Source: Basidiobolus meristosporus CBS 931.73 (taxonomy: Eukaryota; Fungi; Basidiobolomycota). Taken from it: a stretch of 60,799 bases of DNA. Positions 11,301-25,055 of the stretch are shown piece after piece. Numbering within the stretch: position 1 is the first letter of the stretch; the number at the start of each line of letters is the position of its first letter. Where the stretch lies: NCBI GenBank assembly GCA_002104905.1, contig MCFE01000537.1, positions 1 through 60,799 of the forward strand. The letters run 5' to 3'. Position numbers and translations under genes: made by a program. The notes beneath the pieces were generated by a model that saw only the letters and a list, made by a program, of their open reading frames with translations, ran no database searches and was not told where the DNA came from.

Positions 11301-13573
11301 AATCCGAGCTCTCTTGTCAATTGAGGTTACCGAGTAATCCAAGTAGAGAGTTGTGATATGTGACTGGAGTATTAAGAGGATCTAGAATTTATGTCAATTG
11401 AAAATTCATCCTTTGAATCAACCGATGTCTCGTCGTTAAATATCGCGATGAACCCCTTCAGTAATGCTATTGTGTAGGTTTGATTGGCTTTCTCCAATGG
11501 CGAAAATCAGATAATTTTTCAACACATACGTAGGCGAATAGTTGACGTATCGTCCAGCGAAGCATTACAAACTTGGTGTTAAAACAGTAGCGGGATCGGA
11601 GTGGAATGAGTCGGTCCCACCTTCAGCAAGAATCGCCTGAGTTCTAAAAGAACCTATAACACATCGCCAGACAGGTGGCCACTTACCTCTGTTTGCCATT
11701 TGATTGTCTTGGATGGAACGGTGGAACTTTGTCTACATCTGTGCCGATATAGTGATTACCACTCCTCAATGCAACTAATCATAAAGATAATCGTGGATCA
11801 TATTCACCCTGGACTTCCTCCCAGTCAACTAGTAGCTGGATGGAGAGTAAAGTTCGATGAAGATGCAACAATACAAGGTTCATGTTCGAGAAACTTGATT
11901 GGTTGGATTTTCTTCCCAACTAAGTGATGGAAATCCTCAGCCACAGTCATAGTTGGCAGACTAGAAACTTTGTTGAGCAAGCGACCAAGCGTCTTGGAAA
12001 GTACTTCGCCTTCTGTTAATTCAGGAAATCATGCATAGTGATGCAGCCTTGGGTAGATGCCTGATCTATAACTTCAACATCACTGTTGTTGACCATTATA
12101 ACCAGGCTTATTGGTAAAAACGAAACAAGCAAGGAGGTGCGTTCTCAAAAGGGTCCTCGGTTTGTACACATATAAGCGTGTATACTACCCGGACCACAGT
12201 GTATGATTTCGGAGGTTATCTGCGTGCGTGTTTCACTATCACAGCGCTACGATGGGCCTATGTGTACGAGAGAAAATCCTGGATACCTATGAAAGTAAGG
12301 ATGTATAAGCTTGTAGTAAGCTTTATGTTTTGTTACCCCCAGTTGATTATGATCTCTAGTTAGTTGAGCCATCCCACTGTCGCTGTGTCATCTGTCGGGG
12401 ATCTGAGCTGCCCCAAATGTGCCTTACTATTTCACAATTAGCATTCTGTGTTCAATCAATGATGTTATTAAGCTTGCTTCTAGTGCTTGGAGATGAATAC
12501 TCCATCGAGCATCCTTAGTATCCCGGTCCATCTGCTAGCTCCAAACGAAGTTTGATACAGTACTATTACCATGTAGCCGGCGGCCAATATAGTGTAGTAG
12601 TGATCGGGCTTGCAGCTTATGATACAATCATGGCCTGTGGTTTGCGATTTTGGATTCACTGGGCATTGCGTGACCACTCCATGGTGTTATTTTTCCATGC
12701 CAGTCATTGTTGAGTATATAGACATACATGAACTTGTCTACTGACCGGTTACATGAGTTTAAGGTATTGCACTCAATCAGCGAAAATTCTCTAGGGTCAC
12801 TATTAGCTTGCAGGATATATGTTCATGGTGATCAAAAGATATGTAGCAGGGTAGCAGTATAATCACATCGGAACCCAGCCATCTGTCACATCTGCTCTAC
12901 TGTTTGCACGCTGCATCTTCTAGCCTAGGTGTTTATGTTTCTCACCTCGAGCATATTGATACTGTACTGACAAGTCTTCAAAAAATCAGCATCCCGGTTT
13001 CCCGGCAAGTGCTTCTCCCCCTGTTATTTAATTAGTAAGAGGTGCTATTGATCAGTTGTATGGAGCGGCTGTTCATCTTGCATCAAGACTTTTTAGAAAA
13101 CTTGTTTCCTTTTTTGCAAGTCCAATATCTTCTACCGTGTATGTAGAATGCATCGAGTATCTGTAATCTCGCAGTGAAGAGCTCACCTTTGCTTACATGT
13201 CGATGCGAAGCGATATTACATAGCTTGTATATATTCTTCGTATCCGTATACTTTTGTAAATTCAAGCGTCACGTACTCTCCATTAACAGCGCATTCTCTG
13301 TTGTATGCTGCTGAGTCGAGGGTCGTAGGTGCTACATCTATTTCATAATCAGATTCATGCTACTGGAACGAATGCCCCAAATCTTCACATTTGTAACCTC
13401 GTGACCATGGAAACTACCATTGCTTCGTACACGGCAACCTCTAACTTGGTTTGTCGCTACAAGATACCAAGTGGCTGGAGTTTGTAATGGTGAGATGAAA
13501 GCCGAGATACACACTTCAAATTAGGATTTATTGCGAATCGTAGTATAAACGCAGGGGGCGCATCAGTATTAAT

Positions 13574-14856
13574 TTAAAGGAAAAGTTGCTTAAGGATACT
13601 GATGGTCTCATCAGGATTCTTGACACTATGGCCAGTGACTGCGGGGTGAGTGTAGATTTCATAATCGTTACCACCCTGGAGAAGGAAGTGGTATGAGTCA
13701 AGGCGACAAGACATGGTGGTTTATGCATACAAAAGAATATGAGGTATTCTTGTACTTACTGGGAAGGTCTTGTCACCAAAGAAATGAATGGTTTTGAAGC
13801 CCTCATCAGCAACGTGCTTCAAACAATAGGTCTTGTCCCATCCAGTAGGAAAGACATCAAAAGAGATCTGACCTCCTAAATATCCAGCGGTTGAGTATCC
13901 GCTGTATGTGTGGTCTAACATTAGGAAGCACCAACGTACCAATCGAGAAAGTTAAACCATAATCAGGGAAGTTCTTCTTGAGCTCTTCTACGAATTTGGC
14001 TCTAAGGCCGTTGGCCTGGAACAAGGGTCAGCACAATAGCTGGGACAGAAGCAGGCTATTAGACTTACCAAGTCGAAGGTCTCGAATTCGTTACGCTCTT
14101 CACGGCTGTTCCGAGAGAACATTGTTACTCAACTCCACCCGGGAATTTGTCAAGCCTCATGCCTGCTTACCTGCAGTTTCTACCGATAGGGGAGACGTTG
14201 ATCATACCCTTGCGGAATTCGATGAAAGTACCACTATACAGGCATAAGCGCGCGCACTGGTCAGATACAAATTCCCAAAATTATATGCATTTGTATAATG
14301 GAACGCACCGCTTTCTGGGAATCTCCATATCGGCAATGTATCTCAAGATGAAGTTCACCAATTTGGTATACCTCTCCTCTCCAAGGTATTGAATGAAACT
14401 CTGATAAAGGACAAACATATGGCTCAGTACGACACATATGGTGAGGCAATCTTGTTTAGAAGGCTCACCTGGGCTGGAAGTGGCTTTCCAAGGCGGTAAG
14501 CGGTCAAACCATTCTCGGAGAAAGCGAAATCGAAGCGCTCAGTGACTAATCGAGAGGTATGAGATATTTTCCGGGCGGTCGAGAAAAAAAACCAGCATTA
14601 CCATCATCACCAAGTTGCTCCAATTGTTTGCTGAAATCAGAGCCTCCAACGAATCCGATGACGACCTTTTTACGGAGCTGAGTAAGAGTATCGAGCATCT
14701 CGGGTGAAACCGACTAGAAAGTGTTAACAGGATTGATGAAACTAGATTAACAGGATGTGGTACCTCTCTTGCAGGAGTCAAGGTTCCGTCGACGTCAAAG
14801 AGCACCAAAGTGTCGGGAGATTGGCGGTCAGCCCAGGCGGAAGGTTCGTTAATCAT
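13574..14856 (-). CDS. SEC53: Phosphomannomutase (HAD IIB), multi-exon
   Basis: [49 protein letters not shown]...[10 protein letters not shown] across GT-AG introns. Confidence 0.95.
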
Positions 14857-15358
14857 GATAGTTCGTAGAAGGTTTGAGAAGGAGTTTGTCCTGAACCACT
14901 TTCCTAGCGCCAATTTTATGTCGAGAGAATATCTAAGTGATTGCCAACCAATGGCTATGCTTTTCATTGGTATAAAAACAATTACTGTATCCAACGAAAT
15001 TCGTCCACAATTAATCATTTAGTGGAAGCTAAATACGAATTGCCATGACATAAGCTGCTACGTTAACCATCGTTTCCTGGAGATTAGGGTGATTTTCGTG
15101 ACTGCTGCTACGATGCTTTCGCAGTGATAAGATATGCCCCGAGTGAAGGAATTTCTTGCCAGCGAACGAGTAACCCATAGTCCCAATGTTTAGCACCAAG
15201 AAAGCTGTAACCCTAGGAGAGATACCCAGTTAAAGTGCATAATGATCAATTTATTTACGCTTGGGCGTCAAAAGAATAAAAGCAAGAGGAACGGGGATGA
15301 AGCCAAACAAAGTGGACTAGGAGCGAGCGAGTGATTGATTGTATCCGTTGGCAATATC

Positions 15359-15856
15359 CTAGATTCCCAATTCCTCTCTGGTGGAGACGCCAAGCTCTTC
15401 CTTGACGCTCTTCAATTCCTCGAGATACTGCTTGTATTGTCCTTCGTTCTCGACCTTTTGCTTAAGACCCTCGAAGATACGAACTGCAGTTGCAAAGTCA
15501 TTGACGCGTCTAGAAGCCTTGAGGGCAGATTCGACTACAGAGGGGGATGGAACCATATCGTAGGCGAAGCAGTTGTTGAGACCGCGCTGAAGCTCAAACA
15601 CGTCGTCGACTCCGTCAAAGAATTTTACGTAACGTTCGGTCAAGGTCTCGAAAGATTCCTCCTCGTGGGCGGCCGAATAGAAGCGAGTGGCTAGCAAAAA
15701 GGAACGAAGAACGAGGTTGGTTAGAAGTGGTCACGAAAGGCTGGATATAGATCGGGGGAAGAAAGTGAAGGCGTGTGTAGATACGCTGATATACACGTTG
15801 CTTGGCTTTTGAATTAGGTTAAAGTTCAGGGCAAGTACCTTGGAGGACACGAGCAT
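15359..15856 (-). CDS. COX5A: Cytochrome c oxidase subunit 5A (yeast Cox6); 5' exons uncertain
   Basis: EEESFETLTERY...DVFELQRGLNNCFAYDMVPSPSVVESALKASRRVNDFATAVRIFEGLK. Main exon preceded by CTAAC branch and CTAG acceptor; candidate ATG at 15856. Confidence 0.9.
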
Positions 15857-17765
15857 TTCTAGAGGCGCCAATCACAAGGGAGGGATTACGAACAATAGAG
15901 GCAGTCAAAGAACGAACACCGAACATTGTTGATAATTGGAGTTAACGTAAAGAGAAAGAAACTCGGCGAACGGGTATATCTGTCTGCGCTAGAAAAACAC
16001 CGGATCGTCTTTGGGGTGGATATTTGTGTCTCACATTCAGGGGGTCGCCCCGTTACAATACTTATCGATATTGGAGTGACATGTGGAGAATTCGCGAGGG
16101 GATTTGGGGGATTGAATGGGATTAATCCATGACAAATTGGAATTAAGCTGGGATATTCGGACGGCCCACATTGTTCGTGGGTTGAGTAAATTCTGCCAAT
16201 GGGCCCGAGGTCTAGCCTACGCCATGTGATCGATTTCGAGCACCCGCGTTTCGAAACCGGAGTTTGGATCAATGCACAGTATTTCAACTGGCCGACAATC
16301 AACATTCGCATTGAGCCTCACGTCACCATCCGGAAGGGATCGTCCATTGGTTGGAACGCCGAAATATCAATCGTTTCCGTGGAAATTAGGGCCTCGATTT
16401 TGCACATCAGTTCAGGATGGATGTGCTTCAGGCCCTCAAACAAACGGAACAGGGCCGAACACCAGGCCAGAGGAATGAGATACGTTTCGTCCATCGATTG
16501 GAGAGACGGGCTGCAAGAAGCCAGACTTCCTACACCGAGCAGGGCGAATAGACCGACAGCCAACCCAGCATTGGCACTGAGAAGCCCGCCTCAAGGATGC
16601 ATGGCAGGCCAAATACTGATCTAGGCTATGCCATGGAGTTCCGAATCTTGATTTTTCGTGTCCCACGCATTCATGAGGTGCGTGGAAAGGCCGAGTACAA
16701 TGAGGCAAAATAAGGTTTACTAGACTGGTCATAGAATTAATGGACTGCCACTTCAGGGAACTCCAACCAACGCTCGATACTCTTATTCCTCTTCACGTGC
16801 ATTCGATCCACAGGAACGAGGATTCAGGAATCTATTGGGCATCCAGCGTAGGCAACAAGGGTAACCCCTTGGTGATACCAGTAGCCGAGCCAATTTGGTA
16901 TTCACATCGGGCTTTGCATTCATAGCTCATGAGTGGCTTCTTCTATGGACATCATGGAGCAAGGATGACGGGCTGGAGCGGCTCAATTATAAGTTGAATG
17001 CTACGGCCAGAACTGATTTGAGATACCACGGAGGCTTGCTCCCGGGCAACAGCAGATGATTGTGTGAAGGCCTGCTCTAGGCTGGGATGTGGATCCATGC
17101 CAACAAGACTTGCATTTCGTCCCATGTCTGTACGGAACGTACCCCGTAATTCTTTTCATCGGAAATCAGCTTGTTTCGTACCAGCTCTATGATATTTCCT
17201 TACCAAGGAGGAGGGGAACCTAAGCCCAAAAATGCATTCTCCATGTGCGGCTCAAATGCCAACCAGAGTTATGCAACTTCGTTATTGAATGTGTTCCCAA
17301 GCTAGATGGATTGTTACCCAAATTGCCACCTGAGATTATCATCGATTTCGCATTATTGCGCCAAAATTGCCCAGCCTGGTAAATGTGGTAAATGTGTGGT
17401 TTTGTTGTCTGGATGGAGCCAGTGCCAGTGCTTCGCAAACACAGATCCAAGACTTGATGTTACTCCGGCGCATCGGGTTCCGAGGCGAATTGGCATAGCT
17501 AACACTCCACAATCACGAAGATTGCTTAAAACTAATGCAATTAACCGTACCCAGATCTATTGATGATTGCATATATTATGTGTAGAATCAATTCAATGGC
17601 AAATCTAGTGACTAAGATTTTCATATGCCACGACGAACATTTTGGAAGATTGGCCCACTAACCCCTTAGCATCTAGAGCCTACCATTCTCGTTCTATTTC
17701 TATCCGGACACTTCAACGTGATATTCTATTACAAGTGTTGAGAAAGAATTCAAGTTTTCCAACCT

Positions 17766-19405
17766 ATGTTCCAGTCCATTGCAAATTTCGGCCGACGTCA
17801 CAGGCGAGGTTTCATCATAACCGCTGGGATCATTGGTGGCTTTTACGCCCTAGGACAGTACGCTAAACGAAAAATCGTCGAGCTACAGGAGAAGGCGACC
17901 CGAGAAAACATTGCCAAAGAAAAGTATGTGTTTGGTCTCTGTTATTCTACACTTGAAGCTTTTATTAATCACCTAGCCGTTTGGTCCTAAGTTTGCGAAG
18001 AAGATTTGAGCAGAATCAGCGGGATTGTCTTATGACAGTATTATCGTTGTTACCTACTCTTGGTGAGCAAATGATATCTGAGGTAAACGTTGAGGGATCA
18101 TTGGCAAAACTGCAGCAGAAGCGTGGTGTACGTGCGGCTAATGAGGCTTCAGATGCCCAAGAGCAGGCTATGGACCGAAAGACTAAGCTTCAATTGTGGG
18201 AAGAGTTGAAAATAACAAGTAGGTGTACCTCTCAAACGCAAGCGGGAGGAATTTTCTATGTGGCTTCTAGCTTTTATTGATGGCAGTTTCCTGCAGGCTT
18301 CACGCAAACCATAGCGTCTATTTATCTCACCGTACTTCTGAACATATTCGTGCACATACAGCTCAATCTACTCGGGCGGTTTATCTATATCGACTCGGTC
18401 CTTTCCTTTTCAGAGAAAGACAGAGAAAAGTCCTTCCGTCTGGAACCTTCCAATGACGAAAGACGACGCCTGTCGAGAGAGGTGGAGCGAAAGTTCCTTA
18501 CATTCAGTTGGTGGCTGTTGCATGTTGGTTGGAAACGTTGCGTAGACAATGTGAAATCAGCAGTCGAGGAGGTTCTTGGGCAGTAAGTTGAAGTTCTCGG
18601 CGAAACGATGCGTGATGGACCTGTGCTAACAATCTCAAATCCACAGAACCTCGCTGAAGAAATCTTTCGACTTCAACGATACGGTCAAAACTATACAGGA
18701 TATCCGCAATAGAATTGAATTTGAGGGAGATCCTACCGAGCTTTCCGAGAATCGTACTCCAACCAAGTAATCCTGCCCTTTCTTATCCACCTACTAGTTT
18801 CTGTGCTCATCGCATCTTTACCATTGACAGTATGCGTGATCTTTTGTTACCAGATGACTTGGAGGGCGAGCTACAGGTCCTGAAAGAAGGCAGTGGGATA
18901 GACGACCCCCAAATGGATGACGAGTTGAGGATGCTATTAGACGAGGTGAAAGATTTCTTGGATAGGTTTGTGCGTTCGTTGATGCCTGCAGCTGATGAGA
19001 AGATACTAATGCTGTGATCGCAGCCCAGACTTTGTGGTAGTGCGCCAATCATGCTTAGACGAGGCGTTCTCTTTCCTGAGCTACAACATGCGCAGTACGT
19101 TCGTACTAAAAGGTGCAGACACCCGCCCCTCTCCTAAACTATACGAACTGGACTCCGCTGAGGATCCCATTGCTGACCAAACCACCGAGAGAGCCGTCCC
19201 GCTAGTTTCGTTGCTTCCAGTCATCAGCCGACAGGTCCACCACATCATCAACGGAGTTCCCAATAATTACGTAGAGGTTAGTAGGGGCACACGGGATGTC
19301 AGAGGGATGCGAAGCTAATCTTGTGCTTTCTAGATTCTGTGTTCAGTCAAGGAGCTTCAAAGTTATTCGGCCATCGTTTATTCTTCATTTAATTTGGAGG
19401 ATTAG
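17766..19405 (+). CDS. PEX3: Peroxin 3, multi-exon
   Basis: N-terminal RRHRR plus TM (GIIGGFYALG), LRRRFEQNQRDC, KLQLWEELKI, IQLNLLGRFIY, FLTFSWWLLHVGW, C-terminal ELQSYSAIVYSSF. Confidence 0.93.
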
Positions 19406-19790
19406 CGCAAACCAGTAACCATTTTAGCATCGTAATCCAGGTCTCCATTCCGCACAGGCAGATACTTTAGACATGTATCTCTCACTGGGTTAATTCCTAT
19501 TGCCAACCGTCGTTCGACAGCTCTTTCTATCCCATTTACCCCTTTCTATGTCTCCCATGCTGAATATTAAGATAAAACCCCCCATTGAAGCCAATAATGC
19601 AAACTGATGTGGCCAACCAGCATATAGTGGTGTTGCAATAGCATAGCATGCATTGAAGGGCCGGCGGATCCGTACAGGTGATATATTGGGTGCAGCAGGT
19701 TTATTATATTATTACAAATTCGACAACGTAAGATCAAATTGAGATTCGAGAGATGGATACCATAATATTATATGCGGCAAATAAAAATAA

Positions 19791-22274
19791 TTAATAAACA
19801 GGGGAATTAATTACAAACACCGATTCTTCCTCTTTGCGAACCCACTTTCTTAGCGCGGTAAGGGACGCGATCACGCTTGATTTGGAGATTAGCGGCCCCA
19901 GTGCGGCATATATCTCGAACGTTTGTGAGCTCTAAAGGCAGACTAGAAGCGTTAACATTGAACATGGGTGGACGGGAGGCAGTAATGCTTACCCATCCAA
20001 TAATCGTCTCCGTATTTGTCACTTGGTAGAAGGTTTTCAGTGGCAGCGCTTTACAGTGGATCTGGTCGTGGACGTGCTGATACATACGAAATAGTCTAGC
20101 ATGTGGTCAAGACGAGATCAGTCAGTCGTGCGCATGTACGTTGCCCTAGGTATACTAACCGTCTTTGTTCATCGATAGTATCGTAGTGTGGCAAGTACGC
20201 TGGTGCAGTAATTTGAACATACTGCTTCGATTTGTACAAGAAGTGTCTAAGGCCAGGGATTCCTAGCTCCTCTACAGAAATGGGTGAGTTTCATGGCCGT
20301 GTAGCAGAATCCACCAATTGCTTATTGTTACCAAGGGTGTATTCTTCTGTATCAACAATCTGGACCACCTCCTGAAGTGCACCGGTTTGATTTAGATTCT
20401 AGGCAATGACCAAACATCAGTTGGGGAGTCCAGGGTGCAGGACAATGTCTTATGTAGCCAAACCTCCACAACAAGATCCTTGGATGCCGAGCATTCGAAG
20501 AACATGTCCTTGTCAGGTGAGATTAAAACCAGACATGTTTCCTTGGCAATGAAACAGACGTATGCATGCAGGAAGCCTTTACTGTTGAACTTTGGGAGAC
20601 AAATTGGTGTCCAAGACTCTCCCGAGCAAAACGTCGTTGAGCCGCTCACCATGTTGGTAACCAAATGTAGATCTTGTCCCACTTGTCAGTAGGCTGTCTA
20701 TGAACGAGAGACGAAACTGAGCACAACACACGTACCAGATGGATGCAGGCTTTGTTTTCTTGGCCGAAGCAATGTCACCAGTTTCCCACAGGAGATTAGC
20801 ATGGCAAACAGCACATGCTGGACGGAAAATTTAGGTCCAGAGAAAGCTAATGGAAGCTAGTGTCGCTCCTACCTTGGATTTGATTAGTTGCAATGAGTTG
20901 TTCAGCTTTGCCCTCAAAGATTTCTTCATTTTGAGCGCGTGGATTGCACCCAACATGACACTAGGGTCGTAGGTCATTTCTCTACATAGGCTATCAAGAA
21001 ACACCTCTGTACCTAGAAGTTGTGGGAAATAGGATTTTCGATGTGAGCGCTTGAGTTATCCAGTACGATGAGTTGCAGCAGGGCCTACCGCTTAACAGCC
21101 GACGGAGGTCGAAGTTCACTCGTTGCTCAAAAATCCGAGTCAGCTGTGTGGACGTTATGATGCTTAATACTTGGTTGTAAAGGTATGAGAGTTGAACCCG
21201 AATCTGCCACCGGGTGAAGTCGGTTAGCGCATTGGCACACACAAAATCATCACACCATGACCTACATGACTTTCCGGCTCTCCGGTCTTGGTCACAGCCA
21301 GGAAATAGAGCGGCCCTTTGAGCAAAAACACGAATTTGTGGTCGCCGGCGTTGATGGATCTTTCAAGGCGCATGTATTAGCCGAATTTCTCTGGTACTGG
21401 CAGGGCACTTGTTGCAGCTTACTTGATTGAATCATCCGCATCGGCGAAAAAAGATACGATGGCCTGGACCACGCCCATATAACTGGATAGCTTCGACTCA
21501 TCCCCGAAGCGAGAGTAGATTGGCTTCCCGGCGCTACTTAGGATGAAAAAATGCTTGTTGTGTCCAGCCCAGCTAGGCGAGTAGGGGTCTTCGAGAAAGC
21601 TGCATTAGCATGAGTGCCGAGGGCCACTCGAAAAGTTGGGGATATTACCTTCTTCCGCGTAAATCCGGCGATAGCCACTGGCTTGCTTTGAGCGCCGCTC
21701 CAATGTCTCGCTGCTTACATCGGGGAATTCAGGAATATCCTCCTCTGGGATATCTTTTGAAACGCCTTTGCTTTCTCTGGATCCACTGGACACTGAAGGG
21801 CTCACTACTCGACAAACAGTCAACACCGCAGGTGTAAGGCGCCAACCGTTACAGTGACATACCTGGTATCTCCTGGTCAACTATCTCCTCCAAGGAACTC
21901 AACTCCTCTTTGAAAGAATCGACAAAGAGCTCCTTGGCCATTTCGATGCCCAAACCGGATCTCCTCTTGGGGCTGGTCGGGCCAGCCCTCAACATATACT
22001 CGGTGTCCTCACTTTCCCTTGAACGGAAGCTGGCTGCGTCCAAGAGGATATCGCCACTTAGTCTGGAAATGGCGGAGTAGCTGCTAAGATTGGAAGAGGC
22101 TGATGGGGAGGTTGGCCGTAAAGGAAGGCTATTGTCTACGGAGAGGTGAACGGACGGCTTGGTCTTGAAGGAGTTGAATTTCCCTGCTAGTACAGGGGAA
22201 GAGGATAGTGAGGTGGAGGCCACGTTCGCCTCGATCCCATCTTTGGTGCGTTTTGGTAAAATAGGGGAATCCAT
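19791..22274 (-). CDS. MON1: Vacuolar fusion protein Mon1 (Rab7/Ypt7 GEF subunit), multi-exon
   Basis: Ser-rich N-terminus; KHFFILSSAGKPIYSRFGDE; SGESWTPICLPKFNSKGFLHAYV; last exon FEIYAALGPL...KWVRKEEESVFVINSPVY*. Confidence 0.92.
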
Positions 22275-23630
22275 GAAGGAGGGGGTCTCTATGGGAGGTT
22301 GGCAAGCTTTGGGAATCTCTTCACGAGGATAAAACGAATACTATACTGTGCTAGTGTTAGTGGTGATGGTGTAAGTGTAGGTGTCGGTGTCGGTGCCAAT
22401 CAAAGCTGAGGTTTGGTTAGGGGAGCAATAGGAGCGTAGTACCCAAATCAGAGTAGCTGAATATACATCTGGCTATATTGACGCAGTTGGGGATATGGTT
22501 ATTAGAATATTGGTAATATTTGACATATATGGGCTAGATGACCTGATCTATCCAAAATCATTCCCATGTCAATAACTTTGTGACAAATTAGATGGCATTC
22601 ACCCATCTTCAACAGTACTATTCCATTCATCGACCAATAGAACTCCCCAATCCTAACTGATCATGGAGAATCTGGTTGAGAGCTACGATGAGATGCAGCC
22701 ACTGTACCAAGCCGGAGGCACAATCCTACAGACAAGTAGGCAGTCTGGGTGTTTTTGATATGCACGGTGGTGTGGAGTGGAGAGCCTTTGTCGATGATGG
22801 TTACGTGATGCTGGTTGCCCTCAGCGCGCTCTGGAGCCATACTCCTGGTGGTTCGTGTTCCAACCAAGTCACATCACATGACTCGCATCTGGAGCATACA
22901 TTCAGGTATTCATCAGCAAGCTTGTGTGGTGATTGGTAGACTATCTCCTGCACTTAAGTTGCATGACTTTGGTGAGCATTCCCAAGGTAGAAGGAAGTTG
23001 CATTAAGCCTACTGACGTCCACCTTCGCACAGGTAGCTGTACACGGACCTGCAAGTCTTCGGTGAGGAGAAGTGTCGGCCAGTACATTCGTGCTTCTGAA
23101 TAGCAGTCAGTCGTATGGTCCTAACTTCGATTCTTCCAGTGCGAAAGGTGGCTCATCGATTTTGGACTAGAGGGTGCCCCGAGGTGTTGTGCCGAATACA
23201 AAGCAATGTTACTCAAACGCCCTTCTACAAGTACCTATCACTTCTAGATCAGTACCGTAGCACCCAGTAAGAGTAGCGCAATCAATTCCCGGATAGTAAT
23301 TCTGTGTCCGACCTGATCTCAGGGATCAGGTAGACCGGTTCAAGTCGGTATGAGCACTCCATCGAGACCAGGTGTCATTTCTAAGATCCCAAGGCAACTT
23401 TCATAGAAATGCCGAGATTATTCCGGGGAATGCTATGCGCCTACCAGTGCTGCGAAGCCTGTATCCAGTATGGTCCAATTTATGCACGAAATCAAATGGG
23501 CAAGATTTCATATGTAGTGGTGGATTTTGTGCCAGCGTTGCAAGAGGTGCATTTTTAGGAAGAAACTTGAGGGGCTATAAAAACCGTTTCCCCACGCCTG
23601 TACGCACCTTGGCTGCAAAAAACCCTTGGC

Positions 23631-24719
23631 ATGTCGCAATTCAACGCTCATTCTTACCACCCTACTCAAGGGGTACAACAACAGCACCCATACCCTGGGC
23701 TGTACTCCACGCCTCATTACGGCGCCCTTCCCCCCACCTACAACCAGGCAATTGGAGGTAATACGCGAATTCCTGGAGGTTACCCACCAAGCGAAGACGA
23801 TGACTTCAAATATGGTGTTAGTGTGTCCCAGTGTGAAATGGAGATTAGAATGGGTTGGTGGTAGTTGCTCGATCATATGGTGTGGTTGCTTTTACTTATC
23901 CAGGCTTCCCAGCTTTCATCAGAAAAGTGTATGCCATATTGGCCACACAGTTAGGGGCAACTGCTCTCGTAGGAGGTTTTTTGTTTTTCAATGACCAAGC
24001 TCGTCATTGGGTTCAAACAAAGTAAGTTTAGGGAACTCAACCCTGTAGCTTCATTGGCTAAATTTGCTTTTTAAAGCCAATGGGCCGCTATTGCCTCTCT
24101 GTTTGGAACGGTGGCCGCGATGTTTGCTCTATTCTGGAAGCGGCATTCGACTCCTCTAAACCTCTATCTCTTGGGTGTGTTTACCTTACTCGAAGCTTAT
24201 AGTGTGGGGACCATTGGTTGATATATTCAGACTAGCAATGCATACTGAGCAACATCTAATTGTTCCTTTCCCCAGTGACCTTTTATTCGGCTCGGGTAAT
24301 TTTGCAGGCGCTCATCATCACATTTGCCCTTTTCATCGGTCTGACACTGTTCACGCTGCAATCAAAATATGACTTCAGTGGTATGGGTTCGATGTACGTA
24401 TATTTCATGAGTTCGCACACGGTCAAGTGAATCATACTCATTGTGAGTTGATCCGACTAGCCTCAATGCTGTTCTATGGCTGGTGGTCATCTCCTCTCTT
24501 GTCCAAATGTTCTTTCCTTTCAGCAGTGGGGTTGAACTCGCGATGGCCATCGTGATCGCGCTTTTGTTCTGTGGCTACATCGTATACGACACATACATGA
24601 TCATCAACCGTCTGTCCCCTGATGAGTATATTGTTGCGAGTGTAGATCTCTACCTCGACATCCTAAACCTATTCTTGGCCATCCTAAGAATTCTTAATGA
24701 GCTTACTTCCGATAACTAA
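23631..24719 (+). CDS. BXI1: Bax inhibitor-1 / TMBIM (lifeguard-like) membrane protein, multi-exon
   Basis: Pro/Tyr-rich N-terminus, DDFKYGVSV...IRMG-FIRKVYAIL, TLQSKYDF, YIVYDTYMIINRLSPDEYIVASVDLYLDILNLF. Confidence 0.92.
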
Positions 24720-25055
24720 TCCCCTTAATATCCCGTCAGTGCATATTGGACCTTCGATGGATCAGTAGAATGCTTGCAGGCGATCCCATGTATGAACGAT
24801 ACCAATACCCTACATAACTCCATTGAGCCGACTCTCCATTTTGTTCCTAATCGAGCCGAATCCAGTAAATAAACTCGTCGTCTAATTCCTTCAACCATCA
24901 ACTGCTCCCCGTCGATTCACCAGCGAACTGTGGATCGGTGAGTGTGTGAAGCACCACCGTTCTAAGCCAGTCTGGAGTGGTTAAATAGGTGATTTATTAA
25001 GGGATACTCGCTGGTCTGTGGGCTTTATCTATTGGGTTAAATTAATCGGTTACGT

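Noticed and set aside
15886-17600. Dense overlapping short ORFs between COX5A and PEX3
   Set aside because: No recognisable domain or consistent splice pattern in any frame. It may be a relic, but I cannot support that.
22660-23100. Short ORFs between MON1 and BXI1
   Set aside because: No assignable protein similarity.
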